This document shows, piece after piece, positions 26,779 to 39,890 of a stretch of DNA of 64,000 nt (position 1 is its first letter; the number at the start of each line of letters is the position of its first letter). Location: assembly GCA_964247055.1 (NCBI GenBank), contig OZ176056.1, forward strand, positions 6,386,001 to 6,450,000. Reading direction: 5' to 3'. This DNA is from Paragordius varius (taxonomy: Eukaryota; Animalia; Nematomorpha). The notes beneath the pieces are model-generated. The model did not search any database, was not told where the DNA came from, and saw only the letters and a program-made list of their open reading frames with translations. Position numbers and translations under genes: made by a program.

Positions 26779-29700
26779 ATGAAAATTTCAGAATTGGATT
26801 ATTTAGAAACTTTAAATCCAGAAATTATTGACGGCTTCGAAGAGTTTATCAAGGATTGTAATTCAAATGTGTCCGAAATGTGCTCAGTAAAAATTAATTT
26901 AATTGGTAGGCCAAAAATATTGAATTAATAATAAGTTGCTTAGATTTAACATCTTTAAATGATACGGATTCAGTTGAAACTATAGAAAAATTGTATAAGG
27001 AAGGAGTATCTCCTTTGGATAAATGTGATATGCATGGTATATTAAGAAAAATTTTGTTTGTTTTTTTAATATATTTGCCAAAATCTTACATAGGTTTAAA
27101 AAATTAATATATTTAAGTAGTAAAAGTTTATAATTATGCTTATCCAATAAATGTGTTAAATTAAACCAATTATTTTTGAAAACATACTTGAACAGTGTTA
27201 TACACTAAAAATAATCTTGTGAACCGCGATGTGGTGCAATATTATACTTAATTAATATTAGAGATTTTAATATAGCGACAATTTGGATTGGTTATTGTGA
27301 ATATAATTTTTATGCCTAAAATATACATTGATATTAAAAAACCAATATTTATATAACGATTTTTAATAAATTACATAAAGTGAGTTATATTATAATTTAA
27401 TTTAAGTACAAAAGTATAATGTATAAGTTGAAGTCGAAAAAACATTCCAGTAGAATCGTACAACTAGAAAAGGGGTGTCCAATACGCCGCCCTCCTCTGC
27501 CATTAGGTGCGAATAATTGGAAATCTTTAATTTGCAAAAATGTTAATAAAATTTTAACAAAATTGATACTTACAAATTTTCTGAATAAGATCACACATTT
27601 GGTAACGAACTACATATAATTGTTTTATTGCGTTTGCATTTTACAATCTTATGTCTGAAATATAAGAAATATTAATGCACAATTAACGTCGAAATTGCGG
27701 ACCATGTCATTTGTGTTAGACACCCCGGATATCTAGATAGTTGTCATAAAATTTCCGTATATATATATATACGCCTTTTTATTATGTTTTGGGTTTCCAA
27801 TTTTTTAAGACAATTATTGTAAAAAAATATATTTTGACATGAATAAACCATATAATAATCTTTTGAATAAGATCATTCAAATCATCATGTAGTTTTCCCA
27901 TTTTTAAATTTAGTTTGTTTACTCTATATAACTTTGGTTTTTGATTTGTAACAAATTTTAAAAAATTAACTTTAAAAAATGAGTAAAAACCCCAACAACT
28001 TTAAATAACTATGACGAATAACTATTTTATCAAGATATACTGTTTGCAATTAAAATTCTCCCTAAAAATAAATCATGTGTTTTCAGGCATCATTAATATA
28101 AAATATACATGGCATAGCTCTTTATTTTTTTCAGTATTATTTTAATTTTAAACAAAATTTCATTTTTAAAAAATATTTAAACAATATAGATAATTTTTAA
28201 TCTCAAAAAACTAACACAATTTATTTTAGGTGTTGAATTGTTTAAGGATCAATTATAATTGTTCAAGTGTAATATAAACTTTTAAATTTATGTGACCATT
28301 TACTTATAAAAATATGATATTTTTTTAGTTGCATCCATATGTGTTTATCCTTTATATGTGCAAACCTGCAAGAAATTAAGCAACACTCATAAAGCTTTGC
28401 CAATAACTACAGGTATGATAGGCCTTTTGGAATTTATTACAAAATTATTTATATATCAGGTGCTAAGATTGTGCCTTAGATTTTTATTGAATTTTACTTA
28501 ATTTAAACCTAATTATCGTTTTAAAAATTAATTTGTGTTTAATTTTACACCTTCGTCAATTTTTATCCATAATTAGTACTTTTTTCGTATACTAAATTAG
28601 AAAGATTTTTTGATTATATATAATTAATTGAATGACATTTCCAAATTTTGTTTATATCGATAAAATTTTTATGTAATGAAGTGTTTGTATGGATAATTTA
28701 ATTTTTTTATGAAAAGAGTTTTATTACATTGATTAGAAGCCACAATTTATTGTTAAAAGTCGATCATATTTATGTATCTTAGTTTTTGGAAAAACTACGG
28801 ATTCCTAAATATTATCAACTCTTTAAATTGTGATTCTTTATGGAATCCCTAACATCAATTTTACTTTAAATATTTTTTTGATCTATCTTTTTCAAATTAT
28901 AGAGCAGTGTCGTACTCACAAACAAATTTTAAGAGGGCCAAAAAAACATTTTTCTTGTTTCAAAGGCCATGATACCGATAAAATTTAAATACTGTTTGAC
29001 ACATTTGCAGGTATTTATAGTCAAAATAAATACATGAGGAGGTCATAAAAAGCATTTTTAGGACCGCGGTTTGAGTACTCCTTATAGTGTTGTAATAATG
29101 TGTTTATATAAATTTATAGTTGAACCAAGTTTCCCACATGGGAAATTGTCACTTTCTGTGTCCTGTTTTGGCATTAATAAAAGTTTAACAGATGGCGCCA
29201 ACGAAATCGATATAGTAATCGACCGAGGTTTGGTTTTTTCCAAAGACTGGAAAGGTTTTTGTTCAAATAATTTATATGAATGGTTAATTTAATGTGACAT
29301 TATCGGTTTTGTTTATAAAATTTGGATTTATGATACTTATCAAAAGTAAAAATTAAAATTTATAGACAGAACATTATAAAATTAAGAGTTAATATGGTTT
29401 TCTTAATAAAATACAGGTCTTTGATTGCCTTGATTTTTACTGTATATATAAAGTTTAAACATTAATATATAGCTATTTTGTAAATTTGGTTTTTTTATAA
29501 TGATAAAAATACATGGCTATGAATAATTTTATATATATTTTATTTGAAAAAAACTTTATACGTGTCCTCAAAAAACAGCATTACTCCAAGATATAAAATG
29601 CAAAAAATCCCCTATAACCCAATTTACGAAAGATTCAAGCAGTAATCAGCCATCTCAAATTCTTATGAAAACAATTCTAAGTTGTGGGGATTTGATTGAC

Positions 29701-31630
29701 CCGATTTTGATTTACAAGGCAGCTTATGTCGCTATGCTTGGGGGTAATTGAAGTTAATTATATATAATTCAAATAATTTTTATGTGAAATTAGTTTTTAT
29801 ACCTAAATTTTGAGAATCTTTTTTTCAAAATTATATCATTTCTCAAAAAAAAAGATATTTTTCCTCCTTATTCATTCGGAAAAATAAAGGGTGGAACGAG
29901 AAATTCTGTGTTGTAAAGTTTATTTATTTTAAATACGTTTTTTTTAAAAAATATTAAAAAATTAATTAAAATATATGAGAAATTGGACGCATATTTTAGG
30001 TTTTTAAATAAAAATTTACAATTATATAAAAAAATTTATAATGTATATTTTTTTAAATAAATTAGATTCTGATTTCATAAAATCGTCTACTGGTAAGGAA
30101 CCAAAAACTACCGAACCTCAAATGGTATATGCAATGTTAAAAGCTATAAAATTTTATTATGAACAAACTGGCAGAAAGGTAATATACTATTTTTTAGATT
30201 TAACAAGGATTGAAAACAAAAATGAATATTTTAAAAATAATTATTAAAACCTTTATAAAATACAAAAAATATATTTTTCTTATTTTAACCCTTTTTTTAA
30301 ATTAAAATGTTAAACTCTTAATAATTCTCTATAACCATATATATTTATTATCGTTTGAAAAACTAATTTACACTAATTTTGCTATTGTAGTTTTTTAACT
30401 ATGTGTAGCATACCAAACTGAATTTTAATTCGTTTAATTAGGAAGAATATTTTAATTTCTTAAAACTAGAATTAACTATCAATTTACAGTAAGAATTTGA
30501 ATGCAAGACAAATCATAAAAAGTAAAAGGCTGGTATTTTTTGAAATCATAATTCTAATTATGGGATTTCGCGATATAGTAATAGAAATGTAAATTGATAA
30601 CATTCACACATCAAGCTTTAAATTTCATAACTGTATTCAAAGTAATGTAAAAACAGAAGATCGAAAAATCTAATTAATTTTTTTGTCGATTTTTACTTGT
30701 CGTGTTTTTTAATATTAAATTTTTCTGTAATAAACTTTTTTCCAATTTTACTGTATAAATGTGTGAAAACATGGGTCATATGTATACGAATCAAGATTTT
30801 TTTTAAAAATATATTATAAATTTACTTCACGAAAATGGAAGTTAAATGAAAAATGATTAATAATATTTCACAGATTTTTCGAATAAGATTTTTTACTATT
30901 TTTGGCATCCTTAAGGGATTATCCACAAGTTTGTGGGAAAGTTTTTTTAAACTTTGAACGTCAAAACTATAAATTAGGGCTTTTAAAAAATCGGGAAAGT
31001 TTAAAATGATCAACATAAACTAATTATGTTGATACTTAGTTTTTTAATACTCCGATATGATAAAAAAATGGGGGGAAATGTCTCACTAAAATAAACTAAT
31101 CATATACAGTTTTTATAAGTATTGCTCCTTCTTAATTATTGTTTACGCTGAAGTGTTATTGTATTATTATTGCAATTATAACTCAGCTAAAATTATATGA
31201 ATTTATTGTGAATTTTCGATTACTAATAGTATTCTTTGTCAAACGTAAAGTTTTTTTAGTTTCTTATCTCATTAAATATTTTTACTTTATACTTTAAATT
31301 TAATTTATAATTTTTACGTTTGACAAAGAATACTAGTAGTAATCGAAAATTCACAATGAATTCATATAATTTTAGCTGAATTATAATTGCGACAATAATT
31401 ACTCCTTCTAATTTATATTTTTCACAAATTTTTTATCTTACTTTTATTGTTGATAATAGGTTGGAATTAAAATAGCTGGCGGTGTAAAAACGACCGAACA
31501 AGCCCTATTATATTTGGCCATGGTGGAGAAAATGCTTGGAAAAGATTGGTTAAATCCTAGCCTGTTTAGAATAGGGGCATCTAAATTACTCTATGATTTA
31601 CGACAAAAATATTTTGAATTAAAAAATTAA
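26779..31630 (+). CDS. DERA: Deoxyribose-phosphate aldolase. Exons 26779-26886, 26910-27036, 28329-28412, 29120-29254, 29579-29753, 30066-30178, 31460-31630.
   Basis: Motifs CLDLTSLNDTDS, ASICVYP, DGANEIDIVIDRGLV, MKTILSCGDL, SDFIKSSTGKE (Schiff-base Lys), GIKIAGGVKT and FRIGAS. All six introns are GT-AG and phase-consistent; intron 1 is 23 nt. Confidence 0.93.
28036..28295. mobile_element. Degenerate MITE subfamily A copy in DERA intron 2
   Basis: Shares the ccctaaaaataaat(c/t)atgtgttttc core and ttattttagg(g)tg...gaattgtt with the other copies. Ends are eroded. Confidence 0.55.
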
Positions 31631-32605
31631 ATTAGTATATTTTTAGTTTTTGTATGATTAAATTAGAATAAGTATTAATAAATTATACCTTTTACATTGA
31701 CCCTAGAACATTTGAAATTAGTCTTTAAACATTTTAAATCAATCCTAAAAATAAATAGTTTTTAGAAGAGTATATAAATATTTATGTTTTTATAAGTGGT
31801 TTATTCTTAAAATTTCATTTTTCAAAAAAGTTCAAAAAATATAGGTATTTTAGATATGTCTAGTTTTAGCAATTCTTGTTATATATTTTTATCGCGAAAA
31901 TAGGCCTTTAAAAATCAATATCACCTTTAGTTTTAATATCAAATAAATGTCCTAAAAATTAATCAAAGGAATAAACCATGAAAAATTATAAACGATCATC
32001 ATTTATATTTTTGGGTGAATTTTAAATGTGCAAAAGTGTAGAGTAATTGCAAAAATATTTTCAGAATGAATCGTTTGATGAAAAAGTTTCAATTATTTTT
32101 TTTATAAAATGTGTTTTTATCGAAAAACTAATCCTGCGTTTAATTGAATTTTCATCAAGAGTAGATGGAAAAAATGGGTTTAACAGTAAATATTTATACG
32201 TACAAAACATCAAAAAAAAAGGCAAAGTTTTTTCTAAAATACAACCATGCTTTTTACCTTAATTGTCCTATATAAATTATTAATCGCAAAATACATAATT
32301 AATTGCGTTACCCATATCTATATCTATTTATACTTTTTAGTTTAAAACAAGTTATATTTAAAAAAATAAGATTTCCTTTAGAAAAAAATATTTGTCTTAT
32401 ATTTTTAGATTTGCGTTTAATATAAATTTCTGCTGTATATATATATCGGGAGTTTTTCTAAATAAGATAAACTACCATTATAAAGTTTATTAATATTTTT
32501 TAAATAAAAATTGAAATATATGATTTAGCCTAAAAATAAAGCCTTAAATTTTTGAACGTTTTATGTGCTATTTTGTAACTATTCATCATATATTTTCATG
32601 TTTTT

Positions 32606-33113
32606 ATATATACCATGTGCAGTTCGTCCTTAATCACTTTAAATTGGTCCTTGAAAACTTCAAGTTGTTCCTTAAACTTTTTTAAATTGCTTGTGACTTT
32701 AATCAATCAAACCGTGTATCATTAATATATTTTTTATGGTTAACATATTCTCTTGATTAACCCAATTTTTAAATCAAAATCAACTTTTGATCATTCAGAA
32801 ACCGTATATCTTATTTAAGTTTTTAAAGAATAAATTAATTTTAATAAGTAAACATGCGATTGATAAAAAAATTAGTAATTTTGGTTATTAATTACAGTTT
32901 TTTAAAATTTAATCATAGTGTTGAATTGGAAAAAATTAGTTAGAAACAAAAATTGGTCTTTAAATGAATAAATACATAATAAATCAAAAAATTACTTTAA
33001 AAAATAATTAAATAAATAGATACATACAAATTTATGGTTAAATCCAAACTTAAAATGTTTAAGGACCAACTTGAAATGTTGAAGAATTACTCTTGAAGTG
33101 GAAATGGTATATA
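32606..33113. mobile_element. MITE subfamily B copy (ends TATATACCAT...ATGGTATATA, units like cacttcaagttggtccttgaa)
   Basis: Inverted termini and degenerate 21-bp units on both arms; similar to 44227-44720 and 45620-46090. Confidence 0.7.
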
Positions 33114-33759
33114 CTGTATAGTTCAACTGCTTTATATTTATGGACCAAACTAAGAATTTAAGAAATATCAAATAAAACTAAGTTTAAATTAGAAGCTTAC
33201 AATAAACTTGTTAAACTCAATGTCAGGCACCAAATGAAATATTGGCATAATAAACTCAAATTTCAGGGGGAATTTGCAAGGAATATACTATTTATTTAAA
33301 TAAAATTAAATTATATAAATGTGCAAGCGTATGTGATGTGGAATGAATTATTTCATAAATATATCCTGCTTTAAAATATGGCCCCACATAATCAACAAAA
33401 CAACAAAGAAATATGAAAAAAATTAGATTATATAGTATCATTTTGTAGTTCAACTGTTACAGTAAAAATTGATATTAAACGGACAAAACGTAAAAATATA
33501 GAAGCCAAATATTTTTTTTCTAAAAGGACACTATATTTTCTGAATCTAACTGTTTTGAATTGCAAATATAAAATAGAAATGTAAATTGGTAACATAATCA
33601 ATTATGTATTTTACTATTGTGTAATTAAATGATTTTTATCGGATAAATTAAGGTTTACAAAAAATATGTCTTTTTATTTTACGTTTTGTCCATATAATTT
33701 CCGGCATATATATATATAAAAGGTTTCATAAATTAGGCTTTTAAAGCTGAAAAATTAAA

Positions 33760-36291
33760 TTAATCATGAAATTTTCTATTTTTATTGCGTCCAAACAATG
33801 TTTCCTTGATTTCTGGAACCAACTAAATAAAAATATTTTTAATAATAGAATATTATAAATAATGGATATTATCAAAAAAAATAAACTAATTAATTTTTAT
33901 TGAAAAAAATAAAATTGAAAATCAAAAAATACTTCATTATAAGATTGCTGTAATCTACTGTCCAGTGTGTTGACCACCTTAATTTTTCCATTTTTATTAA
34001 CTAGTATGACACCACCAATGCTAAAATTTATATATATATATATATATATATAAAGACAAATTTAACAGCTAATTATTTCATATTAATAACCCTTTAAATT
34101 GAAAAAAAAATAATTTTTTAATTATAAGTATGGTATTTTAAAATCATTTATTCTTAAAAGATGACTATAAATTCAAGTGTATATTTTTAGTTTATACTAG
34201 CCTTTTTTTGAAAAAATACTGCCTAAATTAATTATTGATCATTACTCAAATGTTTTATATTAAAATTTATAAAAATTATATATAAAAAACTGAAATAATG
34301 TGAATGAATTTTTTCCCTGAAAATTAAGCATACTATTGATTTTTATCAATACAAAACCAACTAAATAAAAATAATATTTTTAACTATTAATTTTTTTCAA
34401 TACGCATAATTAATTAGTATATGATTTTGCAAGTTATATTAAATAGATCAAGTTAAATGGTTGTCTTACTAAAAAAATATTGGTCTTTTTTTTCTTTATA
34501 CATTTTCAATTTATATAATAGGCTAAATTAAAAGATGACAAAATGTAATAAGCTTTATGTTCGCCTTTGAACTTTTTTAATGTACCATACCATTTTAAGC
34601 TACTTTTTTTAACTAACATAAATTTTAAATGTATCATTTACACTTCGAATTCGCCCTGGAACTATTTAAATTCACCCTAAAATAAATTATTTTTTCTTTA
34701 AGATTAAAGATTATTTGTATAATTTTAAAGAATAAAATTTTATTTCAAATAAAAATAATACATGAAAATATAATAAATTATGTCATAAAGATATTTTTCA
34801 TATTAATAATGCGTTATAATATCCCGAAAACACATAATTTATTGATAGTGTGAAATCAAATTAAAGGATTTTAAATTTTTTAAAGGTTGAGTTTAAATTG
34901 TAAAAATTTAAAAAAAATTTTTTTTTGAAAAAAAAACCTGTCATCGGGTAAAGGATGAGATGTGTCAATTTCAAGGGTGACATTTTGCCCAGCAGTCTTT
35001 TGATATGTGTGAACACATTCATCTAAAACGCTCTAAAAAATCAAATACATTAAATATAATCATATAAGGAGGAAATATATTAAATTAATTTACCAAAGAG
35101 AAAAAAACAGAATTTTTGGTTTAAGACAATCTAATTATTGAAATGAGTGATTTTTAATTTCAATTTATTGATTTCAAATTATTAAGATTTATATATTAGA
35201 TATCAAAAAAAGTAAAATTCCGAAATTCATACTTCATAATCTTAATCTTATAGTTTAATAAAAAAATTAGGAATAATATTTAAAATTTTAAAAAATTATA
35301 CTATTTAATATCATACGGTTTTACTGTGTTAAATCAAAATTTGAAAATGAATTCTAAAAAATGGAGAGCGCGAAAAAAATTTGATTGCAAAAAAATAAAA
35401 TAAAACTTGAATTAAAGGAAGATCTGATTTTTTACACTGGATAGACACGTTTGGTTCCAACATTTCGTACAAAGCCTATGATATTAAATTATAGATGATT
35501 TGTAAAAATAAATTTAATTAATACGTTTATAACTAATTTTTAATTAAACAACTCTCAAAAATTAAATTATGAATAAAATGCGTCAATATGTTATAAAAAA
35601 TATATTTGAGAAATTTCATTATTTCCTATATAGTATGTTACGAAATATGGTCTTGTTAAAAATTATAAAACTAGACTTGTAAAAATGTTTTGGTATATAT
35701 ATATATACGTTTTTTATTTAAATTACTGTAAAACGCGCGTTTCTTGACCAACAAAATCTTAAAAATCAAACATTTGATGTAAAAGTTTTACCTGGACAAT
35801 AAGAAGTTTTAGGATATTCTCATATTTATCTTTATCCGTTATAAGTTGACATAACTGTTGTTTAGCATCATCCCTAACATGCTGTAATAAAATCAAGAAG
35901 ATAGATAAAAAACATTTATTTAAATTTGTTTTAAAACCTGCATATGTTGTTCCTTGGCACGTAAAATTTTAAGTTTTGATTGACTTGCTAAATTAGAATT
36001 TTGTCTAGAAAAAATAAAATATAACATAAATACATTTTGCGTTGAAGTTCAACGTGTTTCTCTTTTTTTTCATAGTATTCCATAATTTTTATCCTTTGTT
36101 GTTGAACAAGCTTACCCTTTTCCATATTAAATTCTTCTTCAGCCTAAATTGATTATTCAAAAAAACTTTAGCATCAATTTCTTCAACCTTTTCATTCGCT
36201 TCTTGTTCGATAAAAGCAAGCATATGCTTAATCTTGAAATATATAATAATATAAAAACTTGTTTTTGAACATCGACCTCACTCAATCCCAT
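33760..36291 (-). CDS. ATP6V1E1: V-type proton ATPase subunit E, 226 aa. Exons 36291-36259, 36232-36167, 36143-36034, 36004-35938, 35881-35792, 35475-35407, 35032-34938, 34020-33933, 33822-33760.
   Basis: Spliced product [62 protein letters not shown]...GGV...[12 protein letters not shown]...[12 protein letters not shown]. The 681-nt CDS is in frame across 8 GT-AG introns. Confidence 0.97.
34630..34895. mobile_element. Degenerate MITE subfamily A copy in ATP6V1E intron 7
   Basis: tatcatttacacttcgaattcgccc...aaattcaccctaaaataaatt plus the internal cccgaaaacacataattt block. Confidence 0.55.
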
Positions 36292-36733
36292 ATCGAAGGA
36301 CAGATTTTATAATCAAATAAATGTGCAAACATGTGTTTTATATGATGAGTATTCACAAAAACAAAGTATTTTTAATATGTAAACTTATAATATGTTCTAT
36401 ATTATTGTGTATTCCTCTTTATTATGAAAGAGCTCAGGGTCATATCAATTCTATGGTAATGTTAAATTTAGCCTTTCAAATATACGGCTTAAAAAGTTTA
36501 AAACGGCTGCCAAAGTTTAATTCTTCATACTGTATGAACAACTGCAACACTTTAGAGTGATACAAATGTAATATCAGCAAATTAATAATAAATTTATTAA
36601 TGAATTTTCGTTAGATTCATCTAACTTCTTCGGATTAAGATAAAAATAAATTTAAAATAAAGATACAAAATAAAATTATAAAATATTTAAAATAAAGACA
36701 AAATAAAGATACAAAATAAAATTATAAAATATT

Positions 36734-37235
36734 TTATAAAAATAAGGATGTGTATCTATTTATAAAGAAATCCGTTACTGGGTTTACACGATTAATTTCT
36801 TTTTGTCTGTTAATCAATTTATCTTCCTTATTTATATAGTAACTTTCTTTTAATACTCTTCTAGTGTCATTTTTTTCGTTATCTAAGATCTCAACGTTTT
36901 CCCAATCAATTTTGTGTCTGTACTTGTGTGCATGATATGCAAGTGCCGACACATTAACTTTGTTTCTTCTTTCTGCGGCTTTGTGTTCTTTTATTCGAGT
37001 ATTTATACCTCTTTTTGTCTATCCAATATAAACATCCTCACAATCATTACATTTGACTTTGTAAACTACAGATTTTTCATCTTGTACCTTTCTGGTGTTG
37101 TTTAATAATTTATATATGTTATTGAGAGGTTTAAAAATAATATGGAACTTTGATTTTAAAATGTCCTTGATTTTGTAACTGACGTTCTCATGAAAAGGTA
37201 TCACTAGTATTTTTTTATCCTTTGTGTTGTTATCG
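36734..37235 (-). mobile_element. Penelope-like element remnant (GIY-YIG endonuclease domain with an in-frame stop)
   Basis: One frame reads IPFHENVSYKIK...SVVYKVKCNDCEDVYIG*TKRGINTRIKEHK...SALAYHAHKYRHKIDWENVEIL...KESYYIN, which is characteristic of the Penelope Uri domain. Confidence 0.85.
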
Positions 37236-38029
37236 GTATTACTGCAACACTATATATGTACATATAACAAAAATTATTAGCTTTAATATGCTTCGAATTA
37301 CATTTTGGCGGCAAGATTATCAAAATTTCATTGATTATAAAATCTAGCATATTTTTTTCTCCTTTTTGGAGCGATTACGCTTTGGGATAGTTTACCTTAA
37401 TTTTTAAAAAGGCGTTAGAGTCTATTGTATTTTTAATTTTTTACCAGGAAGATATAAATACCTTGATTGTCTAAACTGAGAATTTATTTCCTTTTTCATT
37501 CTATATAAAAATAAATTTTTTTAGATCATAGAGATAGTCTTATGAATATTATGCCTTTGTTAGAAAAATACAGTTATATAAATCTAAAAGTAATTTACAT
37601 GATATAAAACAACACAAATATATATTAAATATATTCCATGAGGGTTGCATGATTCATATAAATATATCGTGTAAACTAAGAGATACGTTATTTGTATCAT
37701 AATACACAAATATGGGTATAGATAGACCATGGAATTATTATCACTACAATTCATACACTAAATTTAACTAATTTGAATAGGTAATGTTTTTAAGATATTT
37801 TTCTATTATCGGAAATTATGTAGGGATATCATAAATGTTTATTGAAGCTACAGATAATCTCAATTCTAAACAACTGTTATGACTTTTTGACCAAAACTTT
37901 TTTGGCGTTAATCATCAGATTTTAGCAAGGATTATTGTGTTAATTTTAAATTTTTTATCTATAATTTATTGACAATAATTAGGTTTGAAAATCATTGATC
38001 ATCATGTGGACAATGATGCCCCTTGAAAT

Positions 38030-38153
38030 AATCGTTACTGTATTACAGAGTTTATTTTATAACTATTCTTTCTGGAGTTGCAATTAGGACAATACTCTTC
38101 CCCGACCTCAAATTGGGGGTCAGTATGCTTATTGATGCTTTCACTTTTCTCAG
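38030..38153 (+). pseudogene. Decayed SLC6 (Na+/Cl- neurotransmitter transporter family)-like exon
   Basis: RYCITEFIL*LFFLELQLGQYSS...W...LFSG|gt resembles the SLC6 segment PY..I...GIPLFFLELALGQY...PLFKG, with a phase-1 donor at the matching point. There is an in-frame TAA at 38060. Confidence 0.5.
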
Positions 38154-38854
38154 GTACAAATTTTGACAGCATAAGATGTATAATAAATTAGGAGTAGTTG
38201 ACAAAGGATGCGGTTATTTCGATGAAATAGCTCCCCGTCAAATATAATGACTAAATTATTTAAACTTAATTATCAATATCATTCATTAATCTATAAGAAA
38301 ATATCCATCACATCTCCGGATCGGTGAACAATTGGCCAGAGGCATTTTTGAAATCATTTGTAATATAATTTGCTTTAAAATTTTCTAATCAACCCTCAAA
38401 AACTCTGCCATTTTCTGTGAATTTTGTCTAGGGCTATGATAAATATTGAATTTAATTCGGCTTTTAGGCCACTCATGTTTTAAGTTTAGCATTTAAAAAG
38501 TAAATAATAATTGGTTTCGTTAAGTTGTTAGCAAGTGCTAGAGAAAAAGTGTATAAAGGTGTGTGTCAGATTATTTAAATCTATGACCGTCGATGTGACC
38601 GCATATATAATGTCTAGTCAAAATTGGTTTTTTATGTTTATTATAGGATTAAAACTAAATTACTGTGAAACTATGAAAATAAACTTACAGCCTAAAATTT
38701 AATGATAGTTACAAATAAAGTATGCGTTATAAGAAATGTATTTCAAAAACTTATTTTATCATTTAATTTACAAAACAATAATATTAAACTTTTATAAATT
38801 TTAAACCATTAAAAAATATGTAAACATTATTTGTTAATATGTTTAGGTATATGT

Positions 38855-39890
38855 AATGAGATGTACTTTTTCTATGTTTAACAACAAATGTCTATACTTC
38901 GTCCCACTGTTTATGTTAAGTAAAGAGAGTAAAAAATCACTCAAATCCCCACTGGTGGTAAATTTTAAGCCGTCCAAAATATTAATGGCCGAATAATTAA
39001 CGGTCAAGGCTCTACGATTTATTTGGCTCATGTGTTTGTTGGTTGTACTTTGATCCATGGTAGGTGGTGTCAATGTTGATGCAGTTTGCGCTTTTTTAAT
39101 AGTAAAAAGAATTTAGCTAGAGTAAAAATTAAAATTTTAAAGACAAAACGTAAACGAAAAATATTTTTTTAAAAAAAACAAGAGAGCCATACATTTTCAA
39201 TTGATATATTCCATACAAATTTGTTACCAATTTATACCATAATTTTAATTTGCAGCATAAAACGATAGATTCAAAAAAAAACAAGTTTAAAAAATATGGT
39301 CTTTAATAAATATTCTTTTGATTATAACGTTTTCCTTATCAATATATAGAACATAAAACGCAGACGAAATTAAAACATCACGTCAATGGTTATTATAATA
39401 TTTATAAAAAAAATTTACAACCATCATTTTTAGTAAATTTATTTTTAAATTCCGAAGCTTGATGGAAATTTTACGGAAATTAAACTGCCAGGATTGAAGG
39501 TAATCAAATCTATGCCTCGTTTAGTTTAAATTAATTTAAACTGTAAAAGTTATTACCTGATAGATTGTATGCTTTACAATGTGCCAAACTCTTATTATTA
39601 TTCTCAGAACTATTATCTTGATAATTTTGTGAATCAACCGAATTGGTTTTTATCATTATCATGTGTTATAGCAATCTTAACATGAGGTTGTCGTATAATA
39701 GAGATAAATGTCACTTTTCCAAACGCATAAGAATCTGATTAAAATTATATAAAGTGTAATTTGTTAAATGCTTTATAATTAAAAATAAGGTAATATGCTT
39801 TGGGCATTTTTTTTATTTTATATATTGATTAGAACTAAGTTACAGATTTAACCGTTATGAAGTATACATGATCAGATTATTAACCATTTA
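38855..39890 (-). pseudogene. Partial direct duplicate of PATL1 (about 52186-53278): two exons plus introns, both exons frameshifted
   Basis: About 1.05 kb colinear with 52186-53278. Each copied exon has a 1-nt indel relative to the intact copy: an extra A leading to TGA in the 39734-39557 exon, and one base missing just after the acceptor of the second exon (about 39105-39115). Confidence 0.85.
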
